A stretch of DNA of 60,948 nt, the filler included. It is 5 parts of 5 records of this genome, joined end to end, with 100 filler letters (N's around TTAATTAATTAA, not from the genome) between each part and the next. Parts side by side here need not be neighbours in the genome. Positions count along the whole stretch, not along the records: positions 45,813 to 60,948 come from SRR31156797_4820; 4 more parts are not named here. One strand, written 5' to 3'. The notes below the pieces were generated by a model that worked only from the letters and a program-made list of their open reading frames with translations, had not been told where the DNA came from and did not search any database. How positions within the stretch are numbered: position 1 is the first letter of the stretch; each line of letters opens with the position of its first letter. The position numbers were made by a program, and so were the translations under genes. This document shows positions 48,326 through 60,948 of the stretch, in pieces.

Positions 48326-49383
48326 AAAAAACATCCGCACTCATTTTAATCATCCTGGGTCTGGCCTGTTCCGGCACGGCATCAGCCCAACCAATTCGAA
48401 CCGAAACCGGCGGACAGGGCCATGTTCTGACCCTGGACCGGTATCCTGAACGGATTGCCTGCCTCTATGCATTTACAGGGCATGTCACCGCCATGTTGGG
48501 CCGGGGCAGTGACATGGTGGCCATTGTAAAGGGACTGAAAAAAGACAAACTGCTTGAAAAAATCGTTCCCCATCTCTCATCCCTTCCCGTGCCGTCTGCC
48601 GGGGGAATCATCCACATCGAGGCCCTGATCAAAACCCGGCCTGACATTGTTTTTTTAAAGCCTGAAACCGCAGGCATTACCCAGGAAGTTCAGAAACTCA
48701 AGCGGTTCGGGCTGCCCCATTTCTCAGCCGCCTATTCAGACATGGAAAGCCAGATGACCGTGATTGAAACCATGGGACGAATCCTGAACAGAGAAAAAAA
48801 GGCCTCTGACTTTACCCGCTACTACAGACAGGTAATTGCCCGGGTAAAGGAAAAAACTCACAGGATAGCAGATAGGGATAAACTACCGGTATACCATGCC
48901 ATTAACGAAGCGTTCAGAACCGACGGTCCCGGAACCCTTGAAGCGGACTGGACAAAGGCCTGCAACGTCTTCAACGTATCTGTGGGCAAAAACCTTCTTG
49001 AAAAAAAAAGAAACAAACGATTTGCCGGCATGGAACAGATCCTCATGTGGAACCCGGCAATGATCATTGCCAACGAGGCCGGAACAACCCGAAAAATACT
49101 TTCTGATCCACAATGGGCACCCATAAAGGCCGTGAAAACAGGCCGGGTTTTCACCATCCCGGTGGGCATTTCCAGATGGGGCCATCCGGGCGGACTTGAA
49201 ACTCCTCTGGCGATTTTGTGGACCGCAAAAACTGCTTATCCCGACCTGTTTGCCGATCTTGACCTGAAAACCGAAGTCCGGCAGTTTTACCTGCGCTTCT
49301 TTGACCTTAATCTGGATGATCCGACCGTTGAGCGGATTCTTTCGGGTCAGGGCATGCGAACAAACCACTATAATAAATTCTGA
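48322..49383 (+). CDS. Periplasmic substrate-binding protein (Peripla_BP_2)
   Basis: Signal peptide, PERIAC, IEALIKTRPD, EQILMWNP, IKAVKTGRV. Confidence 0.88.
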   Translation: MKKTSALILIILGLACSGTASAQPIRTETGGQGHVLTLDRYPERIACLYAFTGHVTAMLGRGSDMVAIVKGLKKDKLLEKIVPHLSSLPVPSAGGIIHIEALIKTRPDIVFLKPETAGITQEVQKLKRFGLPHFSAAYSDMESQMTVIETMGRILNREKKASDFTRYYRQVIARVKEKTHRIADRDKLPVYHAINEAFRTDGPGTLEADWTKACNVFNVSVGKNLLEKKRNKRFAGMEQILMWNPAMIIANEAGTTRKILSDPQWAPIKAVKTGRVFTIPVGISRWGHPGGLETPLAILWTAKTAYPDLFADLDLKTEVRQFYLRFFDLNLDDPTVERILSGQGMRTNHYNKF

Positions 49384-49645
49384 CCCTGGCACCCTTCCAT
49401 CAGGCTTGTGTGAAGAATCGAAAAAGGGGTTAACATCTATAAATCTATTTTATTATATTGACACAAAAGAGACGATATGGTTTGTATAACTTTATGTTCA
49501 GAAACTTAAAGTTATAAAAGAAAATATCCGCGCATTCCGTCGATCATGCAGCTGGACTCCGGCCCATCAATATAAAACGGACGGCCAAACATTCCCCCTC
49601 CTCATGCCTGATACTGCAGGATAAGAGATAAACCAGATTCTTTCC

Positions 49646-54198
<4,553 letters not shown>

Positions 54199-54206
<8 letters not shown>

Positions 54207-55236
54207 TGTAATAAAGAATAGGTACGAATTCGTTCTGCTGTTTGATGTTAAGAATGGTAATCCAAACGGTGATCCTGATGGCGGGAATATGCCAAGGATT
54301 GACCCCGAAACGGGGCATGGCATTACAACCGATGTCTGTTTGAAAAGGAAAATTCGGAATTATGTAGATTTAATAAAAGATAATATCTCCCCTTACGAAA
54401 TTCACGTCCGTGAAGGGGCATTCTTGTCAGAACACCATAAAAGAGCACATAAAGCCTTAGACGGGGAAAAGCTTTATGTGCAAGTACCATTTGACTTACA
54501 TGAAGAATTTACAAATTATAAAAAATTCCCGGAAGGAATTGGTTTTGAAAATGAGGGATTATACTTAACGCTTTCGACTGATTTAAAAAAAACCCAAAAG
54601 GCTGTGGGAAAAATAAAAGATTTGTCGGACGCATCTATAGCGAAATTGAAAGAGCTATTTATAGATTCTAAGGAAATTCTTGCTAAAAAATGGATGTGTA
54701 AAAATTTTTTTGACATCAGAACTTTTGGGGCTGTCATGTCAACAGGAGATAAAACCTGTGGTCAGGTGAGAGGACCGGTTCAACTTAGCTTTGCAAAAAG
54801 TATAGACCCAATAGTTGGGTTGGATATTGCAATGTTCAGAACGGCAGCGGTAAATGTTGATAAACCTGATGACAAAGGATTGGGAGCCAGGAAATCAATT
54901 ATTCCTTACGGTTTATACAGGGCGCATGGTTTCATTTCAGCACCTTTAGCTATGCAGACTGGTTTTTCGACAGAGGATTTGGAATTACTTTGGGACTCTT
55001 TGGTCAATATGTTCGATCATGATAGAAGCGCGTCCAGAGGAGAGATGGCATGCCAAAAACTAATTATTTTTAAACATGAAAAAAAGCTTGGAAATGCATC
55101 AGCACACAAACTTTTTAACCTTATTAAGATTACCAGAAAGGACGAGTCTGCACCACCAAGACAATTCGGTGATTATGAAGTAACTATTTCCAAAAAACAT
55201 GTACCTGACGGTGTCACCGTTGAAGAGCGAGGTTGA
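54199..55236 (+). CDS. cas7: Cas7, type I-C (Csd2)
   Basis: NGNPNGDPD..NMPRID, TDVCLKRKIRN, FDIRTFGAVM, DHDRSASRG. Confidence 0.95.
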
Positions 55237-55281
55237 TATTGATATCGAACATATTGCTATTTTTTGTTTAAATAAGGACTT

Positions 55282-56103
55282 GTGATGCTTCATTTCTTAA
55301 ACAACCTAGACAAAGACCTCCAAAAGGCCCTCATAACCCAGCTACGCAACCTGTGGACCCACACCTCCACAGCCATTGAGGGCAATACCCTGACCCTGGG
55401 AGAAACCGCCTTTGTTCTTGAAGAGGGATTGACCGTTTCGGGCAAGCCCCTTAAAGACCATGAACAAGTGGTGGGACACGCCAGGGCCATTGATCTGCTC
55501 TATGGCCTGTTGGACCAGGGAATGCCTTTTAATGAAGAGGCGCTGTTCAACCTCCACAAAGCAGTTCAAACCCATGTGATTGTTGACATCTACAAACCTG
55601 TGGGAGGCTGGAAAAAAGAGCCCAATTCAACGGTTGGGGTGGTTGACGAGAAACAGGTGGTCTTTGAGTATGCAGCACCCAAAGATGTGCCGTCACTTAT
55701 GGAACAATGGTTTAAGATGTACCATGAGCTTATGACCGCTGCTGTGCCCGGGGACAAAGAAAGATCGTTGCAGGCTTATGTTGCGCTTCATGTTTCCTTT
55801 GTCCGCATCCATCCTTTTTTTGACGGAAACGGGCGAATGGCAAGGCTTGTTGCTAATTTACCGGTGTTAAAGGCCGGTCTACCACCGGTCATTATCCCAA
55901 AGGAACAGCGCAAAAATTATATTGATGCCCCGTCCCAATACCATTATGCCGTTGGACAGATTGAAAAGGGGGGAGAACTGCTGCCGGCACCAAAGGCATT
56001 AAAACCCTTTGCCGCTTTTTGTGAACAGGCCTGGTGTGCATCCATGGACCTTGTGGATGAAATTCATAAAAAGCAGCAGATACGTGCCGGGAAGGGGCAA
56101 TAA
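55282..56103 (+). CDS. Fic family protein (class II, N-terminal inhibitory motif)
   Basis: HPFFDGNGRMAR catalytic motif; STAIEGN inhibitory motif. Confidence 0.92.
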   Translation: MMLHFLNNLDKDLQKALITQLRNLWTHTSTAIEGNTLTLGETAFVLEEGLTVSGKPLKDHEQVVGHARAIDLLYGLLDQGMPFNEEALFNLHKAVQTHVIVDIYKPVGGWKKEPNSTVGVVDEKQVVFEYAAPKDVPSLMEQWFKMYHELMTAAVPGDKERSLQAYVALHVSFVRIHPFFDGNGRMARLVANLPVLKAGLPPVIIPKEQRKNYIDAPSQYHYAVGQIEKGGELLPAPKALKPFAAFCEQAWCASMDLVDEIHKKQQIRAGKGQ

Positions 56104-56753
56104 TGATGTATTCTGAAAAGGAGTATCTGCCATTATCCGGACTGCAGCATATTCTTTTCTGCCGACGGCAGTGTGCCCTGATTCATGTAGAGCAGTTGTG
56201 GGAGGAAAACCTGTTCACGGCCCAGGGTCGGGTCATGCACGAAAGGGTGGACAGAGGTGATCAGGCAGACAAGGGTAAAATCAAAATTGAATATGGACTG
56301 CCCCTGAAATCCGCACGCCTGGGTATAACCGGGAAGGCGGATGTGGTTGAATTTCACCGGACAGATTCTTCGGTTCAAAAATGGGTCCCCTTCCCTGTGG
56401 AATACAAACGCGGAAAACCCAAAAAAAATCTATCCGACAAGGTCCAGCTCTGTGCCCAGGCCATTTGCCTTGAAGAGATGCTCAATACTGATATCCTGTC
56501 CGGCGCACTTTTTTATGGAAAGACAAGACGCCGTCTGGAAGTGGCTTTTGATGAAGAATTACGACATAAGACCATGGAGGCGGCAGGGCAATTTCATGCA
56601 ATGATTGAATCTGGCATAACCCCACCGCCTGAGTATGCTAAAAAATGTGATGCCTGTTCATTTCTTTCATTATGCATGCCCAAGGCCATGGAAAAAAAGC
56701 GGACCGTTTCTACCTGGTTAAACAGAATGGTTCGGAAAGATCTTGCTGAATGA
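56103..56753 (+). CDS. cas4: Cas4 nuclease
   Basis: FCRRQ, GKADVVE, PVEYKRG, QLCAQ, CDACSF...C. Confidence 0.95.
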   Translation: MMYSEKEYLPLSGLQHILFCRRQCALIHVEQLWEENLFTAQGRVMHERVDRGDQADKGKIKIEYGLPLKSARLGITGKADVVEFHRTDSSVQKWVPFPVEYKRGKPKKNLSDKVQLCAQAICLEEMLNTDILSGALFYGKTRRRLEVAFDEELRHKTMEAAGQFHAMIESGITPPPEYAKKCDACSFLSLCMPKAMEKKRTVSTWLNRMVRKDLAE

Positions 56754-57781
56754 AAAAACATTTGAATACACTGTTTGTCACCACCCAGGGGGCATATCTG
56801 GGCAAAGACGGGGAAACCGTTGCCGTTAAAATCGAACAGAAAACCGTCTTGCGAATTCCCATTCACACCCTTGACGGCATTGTCTGTTTCGGCACCGTTG
56901 GTTGCAGTCCGTACCTGATGGGATTTTGCGCAGAAAAAGATGTGGCTATTAGCTTTCTATCCGAATATGGAAAATTTCTGGCCATGGTCAAAGGACCGGT
57001 TTCAGGTAATGTCCTGTTGCGAAGAAAACAGTTCCGGATGGCGGACAAGCCGGAGGTTTCCGCACAAGTGGCAGGATTTGTCCTGACCGGAAAAATTGCA
57101 AATTGCCGGACTGTGCTTGAACGTAGCCTGCGGGATCATTCGGAAAAAATGGACCAGTCCTCTGTTAAAAAAGTATCCAACAGGCTGTCAATGTATATTC
57201 GAAAAGAGTTGCAGAAAGACGATCTGAACAGTCTCCGGGGAATTGAGGGGGACGCTGCCCATCAATATTTCAGCGTTTTTGACGAATTAATCTTTCAGCA
57301 ACAGGAGGCGTTTGCCTTTTCCGGACGAAATAGAAGACCACCAATGGACAGGATAAATTGTCTGCTCTCTTTTGTCTATACACTGCTGGTTCATGATGTC
57401 AGGTCAGCCCTGGAGTCGGTGGGACTGGACCCGTCAGTGGGTTTTCTTCACCGGGACCGTCCGGGCAGACCGAGCCTTGCCCTGGATATGATGGAGGAAT
57501 TCAGGCCGTTTCTTGCCGACAGACTTGTACTGTCAATGATCAACAGGGGCCAGGTTAGACCTGACGGGTTTACCATAAAAGAGTCAGGTGCAGTGCATAT
57601 GGATGATGATACCCGTAAGACGGTTCTGACGACGTATCAGAAAAGAAAGCAGGAAAGTCTGGTTCATCCGTTTTTAAACGAAAAAATCCAGATCGGAACC
57701 TTGTTTTTCATCCAGGCCCTGCTTTTGGCAAGATTTATCCGCGGTGACCTTGATGGATACCCGCCGTTTATCTGGAAATAA
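56750..57781 (+). CDS. cas1: Cas1, type I-C
   Basis: LNTLFVT, LRGIEG, RNRRPP, GFLH.DRPGRPSLALD.MEE. Confidence 0.97.
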   Translation: MKKHLNTLFVTTQGAYLGKDGETVAVKIEQKTVLRIPIHTLDGIVCFGTVGCSPYLMGFCAEKDVAISFLSEYGKFLAMVKGPVSGNVLLRRKQFRMADKPEVSAQVAGFVLTGKIANCRTVLERSLRDHSEKMDQSSVKKVSNRLSMYIRKELQKDDLNSLRGIEGDAAHQYFSVFDELIFQQQEAFAFSGRNRRPPMDRINCLLSFVYTLLVHDVRSALESVGLDPSVGFLHRDRPGRPSLALDMMEEFRPFLADRLVLSMINRGQVRPDGFTIKESGAVHMDDDTRKTVLTTYQKRKQESLVHPFLNEKIQIGTLFFIQALLLARFIRGDLDGYPPFIWK

Positions 57782-57795
57782 ATCAAGGAGTTATT

Positions 57796-58083
57796 GTGCT
57801 GGTATTGGTAAGCTATGACGTTTCCATAGAAGAGAACGGCGCAAAGCGTTTACGGCGCGTTGCAAAAGCATGTCAGAACTATGGTCAAAGGGTTCAATAT
57901 TCTGTGTTTGAGTGTGTGGTCGATCCTGCACAGTGGACGATTTTAAGGCAAAATCTGATTGATGAAATAAATCCTGAAATAGACAGTTTAAGATTTTATT
58001 TTCTCGGATCAAACTGGAAAAGACGGGTTGAACATGTCGGGGCAAAAAAGTCGATTGATTTTGATGAACCATTGATCCTGTAA
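57796..58083 (+). CDS. cas2: Cas2
   Basis: LVSYDV, YGQRVQYSVFEC, DSLRFY. Confidence 0.96.
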   Translation: MLVLVSYDVSIEENGAKRLRRVAKACQNYGQRVQYSVFECVVDPAQWTILRQNLIDEINPEIDSLRFYFLGSNWKRRVEHVGAKKSIDFDEPLIL

Positions 58084-58307
58084 AAATTGCGAACCCTAAG
58101 TTCAAATTTTATCAAAAGCCCAATCAGGTTCCTATATATGGCTTTTGCAAGATTATATATTCATAGGATCGCATTTTTAAAACCCCTTAAAATCATATTG
58201 TTTTTCTCTTCAATGGTTCACACTTTTTTTAAAAACCATATATTTTGGGAAGGATCGCTCTTTGACAATTTATTTTTGTTAGATTATAGCATGTTAACAT
58301 AGTAGCG
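58084..58307 (+). promoter_or_regulatory. CRISPR leader
   Basis: AT-rich, contains GCGAACC near its start, lies between cas2 and the first repeat. Confidence 0.7.
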
Positions 58308-58394
58308 GTCGTCCCCCATGCGGGGGCGTGGATTGAAACCCTGTCCTTAATTTTATAGGCGCTGCTGTGTTTTGGTCGTCCCCCATGCGGAGGC
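58308..58394 (+). CRISPR. Minimal type I-C array: one full repeat, one 35-bp spacer, one truncated repeat
   Basis: GTCGTCCCCCATGCGGGGGCGTGGATTGAAAC (58308-58339), spacer 58340-58374, GTCGTCCCCCATGCGGAGGC (58375-58394). Confidence 0.88.
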
Positions 58395-59144
58395 TCGGAT
58401 GCTTTCCGATGGAAAGGCTTTGGCAGGGGCCGCTACAGAAGATCCAGCCCCTTTATGGGGATCCGTAAACTGCATCACCTGGCCGGGCTTGTGTTTGGCA
58501 TGACCATCATTTTTTGGATTTTTTCGGGAATGCTTTCCCTTTCCCCGTTCCACTGGTGTTCCTCCACCGCCCCGACTGGGGCCGAAGAAAGGTCGCCGGC
58601 AGGCGGAGAGCTGGCGCTTTCACAATTTTTTGTCCACCCCGCCCAGGTAGTGGAGGCCTGCCAAGGAGTTCATCCAGTTCGCATGATCTCCCTAGTTTTA
58701 TTCAATCAGGTCCCCTACTATCTTTGTTGGGAATCTTCTTCCCGGTCCACCCTGATCAGGGCAGACAGGCCGGGCCATGCAGCCATACCATATTTTTCAG
58801 CGGAGACGGTCCGGGAATCCTCACGAAACATTGTCCCGCACGAGCTGATGGCATCCCATATCAAACTCGACGCTTATGATGCCTACTGCGTGGATCGTAA
58901 AAAGCAGACCCGGTATTACATCGACATGACCACTGGCACTATTGTTCAGCGGTACGATCGGTCTGCACGGCTTAACCGCTGGTTTTACCGTTTTCTGCAT
59001 TGCCTGAACATCCCGTTCTTTATCCAGCACCGGATTTTTCGGGACGTTCTGATATGGATAACCCTAATTGGCGGCACCACCCTGGCTGTCACCGGAATCT
59101 TGTCATGGATGGTTTCTTTCAAACGACCCACAAAGTCCCCATAA
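58395..59144 (+). pseudogene. PepSY-associated TM protein, 5'-truncated
   Basis: Frame is open from the broken repeat: RRSSPFMGIRKLHHLAGLVFG...SG...RWFYRFLHCL; N-terminal half missing. Confidence 0.65.
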
Positions 59145-59336
59145 CGCTGGGCAGAATTCAGTCAATAAGGCTGCTCAATTGTATTGCGACTGTGAATGAA
59201 GAAATCATGATGAACCCGTAAAAAAACCAACCGATGGCTAAGTAAACGATATGCCTGGTATGTCGATCGTCTGATCAAACAAATGGGAGTGGGTCACACC
59301 CCGCTCCCACCCGCTTAAAAAACGTTAAAATCAATC

Positions 59337-59364
59337 TTGACATGTGGCCTACTTCAAATATAGT
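59337..59364 (+). promoter_or_regulatory. Sigma70 promoter for the TIR-SLATT pair
   Basis: TTGACA-N16-TATAGT, then AAGGAGG RBS at 59377-59383. Confidence 0.7.
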
Positions 59365-59391
59365 TGCTGGAGCAATAAGGAGGAAATGATA

Positions 59392-60216
59392 ATGGGAGAA
59401 TTTGCGTATCGATTAGACTATGATGAAGCTGAGAGAATACGAAGAGAGTTCTCCTGGCTTGGGTATATTTTTTCACAATTGCTACAATATCTGATGATAG
59501 TCGGACTCATTCAACTGGCCTGGAGATTGTTGACCTCTCCATTGTGGTTATTCGGCCTTCGGCGAAAGAAAGGTTTCATTAAAGAAATCGTTATTGACAA
59601 GGCGGTCGGGTCCACTTGGTATTATTGGACATACGTTCGTTTTGTTGTCGGAAAAAAAGAGAGGTATGTTCATCTTACCCCTTGCCAGGCTGTCCGATTC
59701 ATCATTATAAACAAGGTAAAGGAGGGAGATGCCGGAGTGCTATGGAGTTCCGGCAAGCGCCTGTACAGATGGCACTGCATCCGCAAAGCCATAGATACAG
59801 CCCCTCAGTTGTTTGTTTCATACCCGCATGAACGACAACAGGAAGCTGAATTTATTACGAATGTCTTGAAAAGCCAAGGCGTACGTGTCTGGCGGGACAG
59901 TGAAAAAATTCAGGATGGAGATAGCTTGCCGCATGTGGTTGAGGAAGCGCTTAAGGTCAGCCAGGTTTTTGTCCCTCTGTTATGCAGCCAGTATGCGGCT
60001 TCAAGCTGGTGTATCCAGGAATTTGCAAAGGCAACACAACTGCATTTGCCGGTTCATCCGATCAAGATTGACGCCGGTGATTTTTTTCAACCTCGCTACA
60101 TTCAAAAGTTACTTGAAAGTGCAGGGGAACCTCTCTTTATTGATCTTGACTCTCCACGTGGTGTTGATAGTTTAAGAACTTTCGCCAAAAATCTGGCTGA
60201 GCAACTAAGGGGCTAA
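59392..60216 (+). CDS. Membrane-anchored TIR-domain protein
   Basis: N-terminal hydrophobic helix; FVSYPH...VWRD..KI.DGD...SSWCIQE (TIR with catalytic Glu); start chosen from RBS spacing. Confidence 0.85.
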   Translation: MGEFAYRLDYDEAERIRREFSWLGYIFSQLLQYLMIVGLIQLAWRLLTSPLWLFGLRRKKGFIKEIVIDKAVGSTWYYWTYVRFVVGKKERYVHLTPCQAVRFIIINKVKEGDAGVLWSSGKRLYRWHCIRKAIDTAPQLFVSYPHERQQEAEFITNVLKSQGVRVWRDSEKIQDGDSLPHVVEEALKVSQVFVPLLCSQYAASSWCIQEFAKATQLHLPVHPIKIDAGDFFQPRYIQKLLESAGEPLFIDLDSPRGVDSLRTFAKNLAEQLRG

Positions 60217-60222
60217 GAAATT

Positions 60223-60705
60223 ATGGAAACCGCTGAATACATGAAACAAAGAGTAGATGATCAAATCAATTATTATGAGAGAGCTGCCAATAAAACAAAA
60301 AATATGCATATCAGAATGCAGACAGCTATTATTATATTGGGTTTGCTGGTGCCGGTGGTTGTAAATTTACCAACAGACTGGGAGGCCCATATAAATGGTC
60401 TGACCTTGATCAAGGGAACCGTAACGGTAATGTCACTTCTATTGGCCGTGTTAACCGGCTTATCCAACTTCCGCAAGTATGGAGAGTTATGGTTAACTTA
60501 CCGAATGACCGAAGAACTCCTTAAACATGAAAAATTTCTATTTTTAACATCCAGTGGTCAGTACTTTGGGAATGAAAATGCCCGTTACGATTTTGTTCAA
60601 ACAATAGAATCAATCATATCCTCTGAACATAATAAATTTCGCTCAATTATTGAAGAGTCAAGGCGCCCTACCGCAAATGCAAAAAATTCCCAGGCCGGGC
60701 ATTAA
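60223..60705 (+). CDS. SLATT (DUF4231-like) two-TM protein
   Basis: YMKQRVDDQINYY, two TM helices, WLTYRMTEELLKHEKFLF. Confidence 0.82.
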   Translation: METAEYMKQRVDDQINYYERAANKTKNMHIRMQTAIIILGLLVPVVVNLPTDWEAHINGLTLIKGTVTVMSLLLAVLTGLSNFRKYGELWLTYRMTEELLKHEKFLFLTSSGQYFGNENARYDFVQTIESIISSEHNKFRSIIEESRRPTANAKNSQAGH

Positions 60706-60728
60706 TTGCCTGCAAGAGGGTAGAATAA

Positions 60729-60948
60729 TTATGTTTGGGGATCATCCAGCACGTCCCGAATTTTTTTAGCAAGTTCATTTGTTGAAAAAGGTTTCTGCAT
60801 AAAGGCGACCCCGCCATCCAGTATCCCCTGGTGGGTAATTACATTGGCTGCGTATCCGGACATGAATAATAATTTGATTTCAGGAAAAATCGCTGTAACT
60901 TTTACTGCCAGATCCCGTCCGTTCATTTCAGGCATGACCACGTCGGTC
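60729..60948 (-). CDS. Receiver domain, C-terminal part (probably of a hybrid kinase), truncated by window end
   Basis: TDVVMPEMNG, LFMSGY, FMQKPF. Confidence 0.85.
   Translation of the reverse strand, partial: TDVVMPEMNGRDLAVKVTAIFPEIKLLFMSGYAANVITHQGILDGGVAFMQKPFSTNELAKKIRDVLDDPQT

Noticed and set aside
58087-58302. 71-aa ORF after cas2
   Set aside because: Coincides with the AT-rich CRISPR leader and has no coding features
58340-58374. Spacer self-targeting the fic upstream region (shared TAAGGAC near 55272)
   Set aside because: Only a 7-nt match, with mismatches in the seed; expected by chance

Overview
The window is five unrelated contigs joined by 100-nt N-spacers containing TTAATTAATTAA (17552-17651, 29369-29468, 38708-38807, 45713-45812), so nothing should be inferred across those joins. 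Contig 1 (1-17551, GC-rich, Desulfobacterota-like) holds a flavin/Fe-S operon: RnfB-GltD fusion, a catalytically dead FdhA fused to NuoE, DRTGG, HATPase, 2Fe-2S subunit, NuoF-GltD fusion and a selenocysteine FdhA. It also holds a hybrid sensor kinase, an acyl-CoA ligase remnant and partial gcvPB. Contig 2 (17652-29368, AT-rich, Bacteroidota-like) is an element integrated at tRNA-Ala, with integrase, Xis, primase-helicase, ParA, iteron-like origin, oriT/MobC, a SIR2-NTPase candidate defence gene and a mini-HsdR. Contig 3 (29469-38707, Bacteroidota) holds mutS, tRNA-Phe, a tandem tRNA-fragment/GIY-YIG unit, a DEAD-box helicase, an octaheme HAO-like cytochrome and a TonB receptor. Contig 4 (38808-45712) is a compact Mu-like transposable element. 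Contig 5 (45813-60948) holds an iron/B12-type ABC uptake locus, a type I-C CRISPR-Cas system with an internal Fic gene and a one-spacer array, and a TM-TIR plus SLATT pair. The most unusual signal is in contig 3: an 85-87 bp double-hairpin element with compensatory base changes, inserted without target duplication at G^TT in two different duplicated tRNA fragments, one of them part of the GIY-YIG tandem unit. All calls come from reading motifs by eye; no database searches were run.
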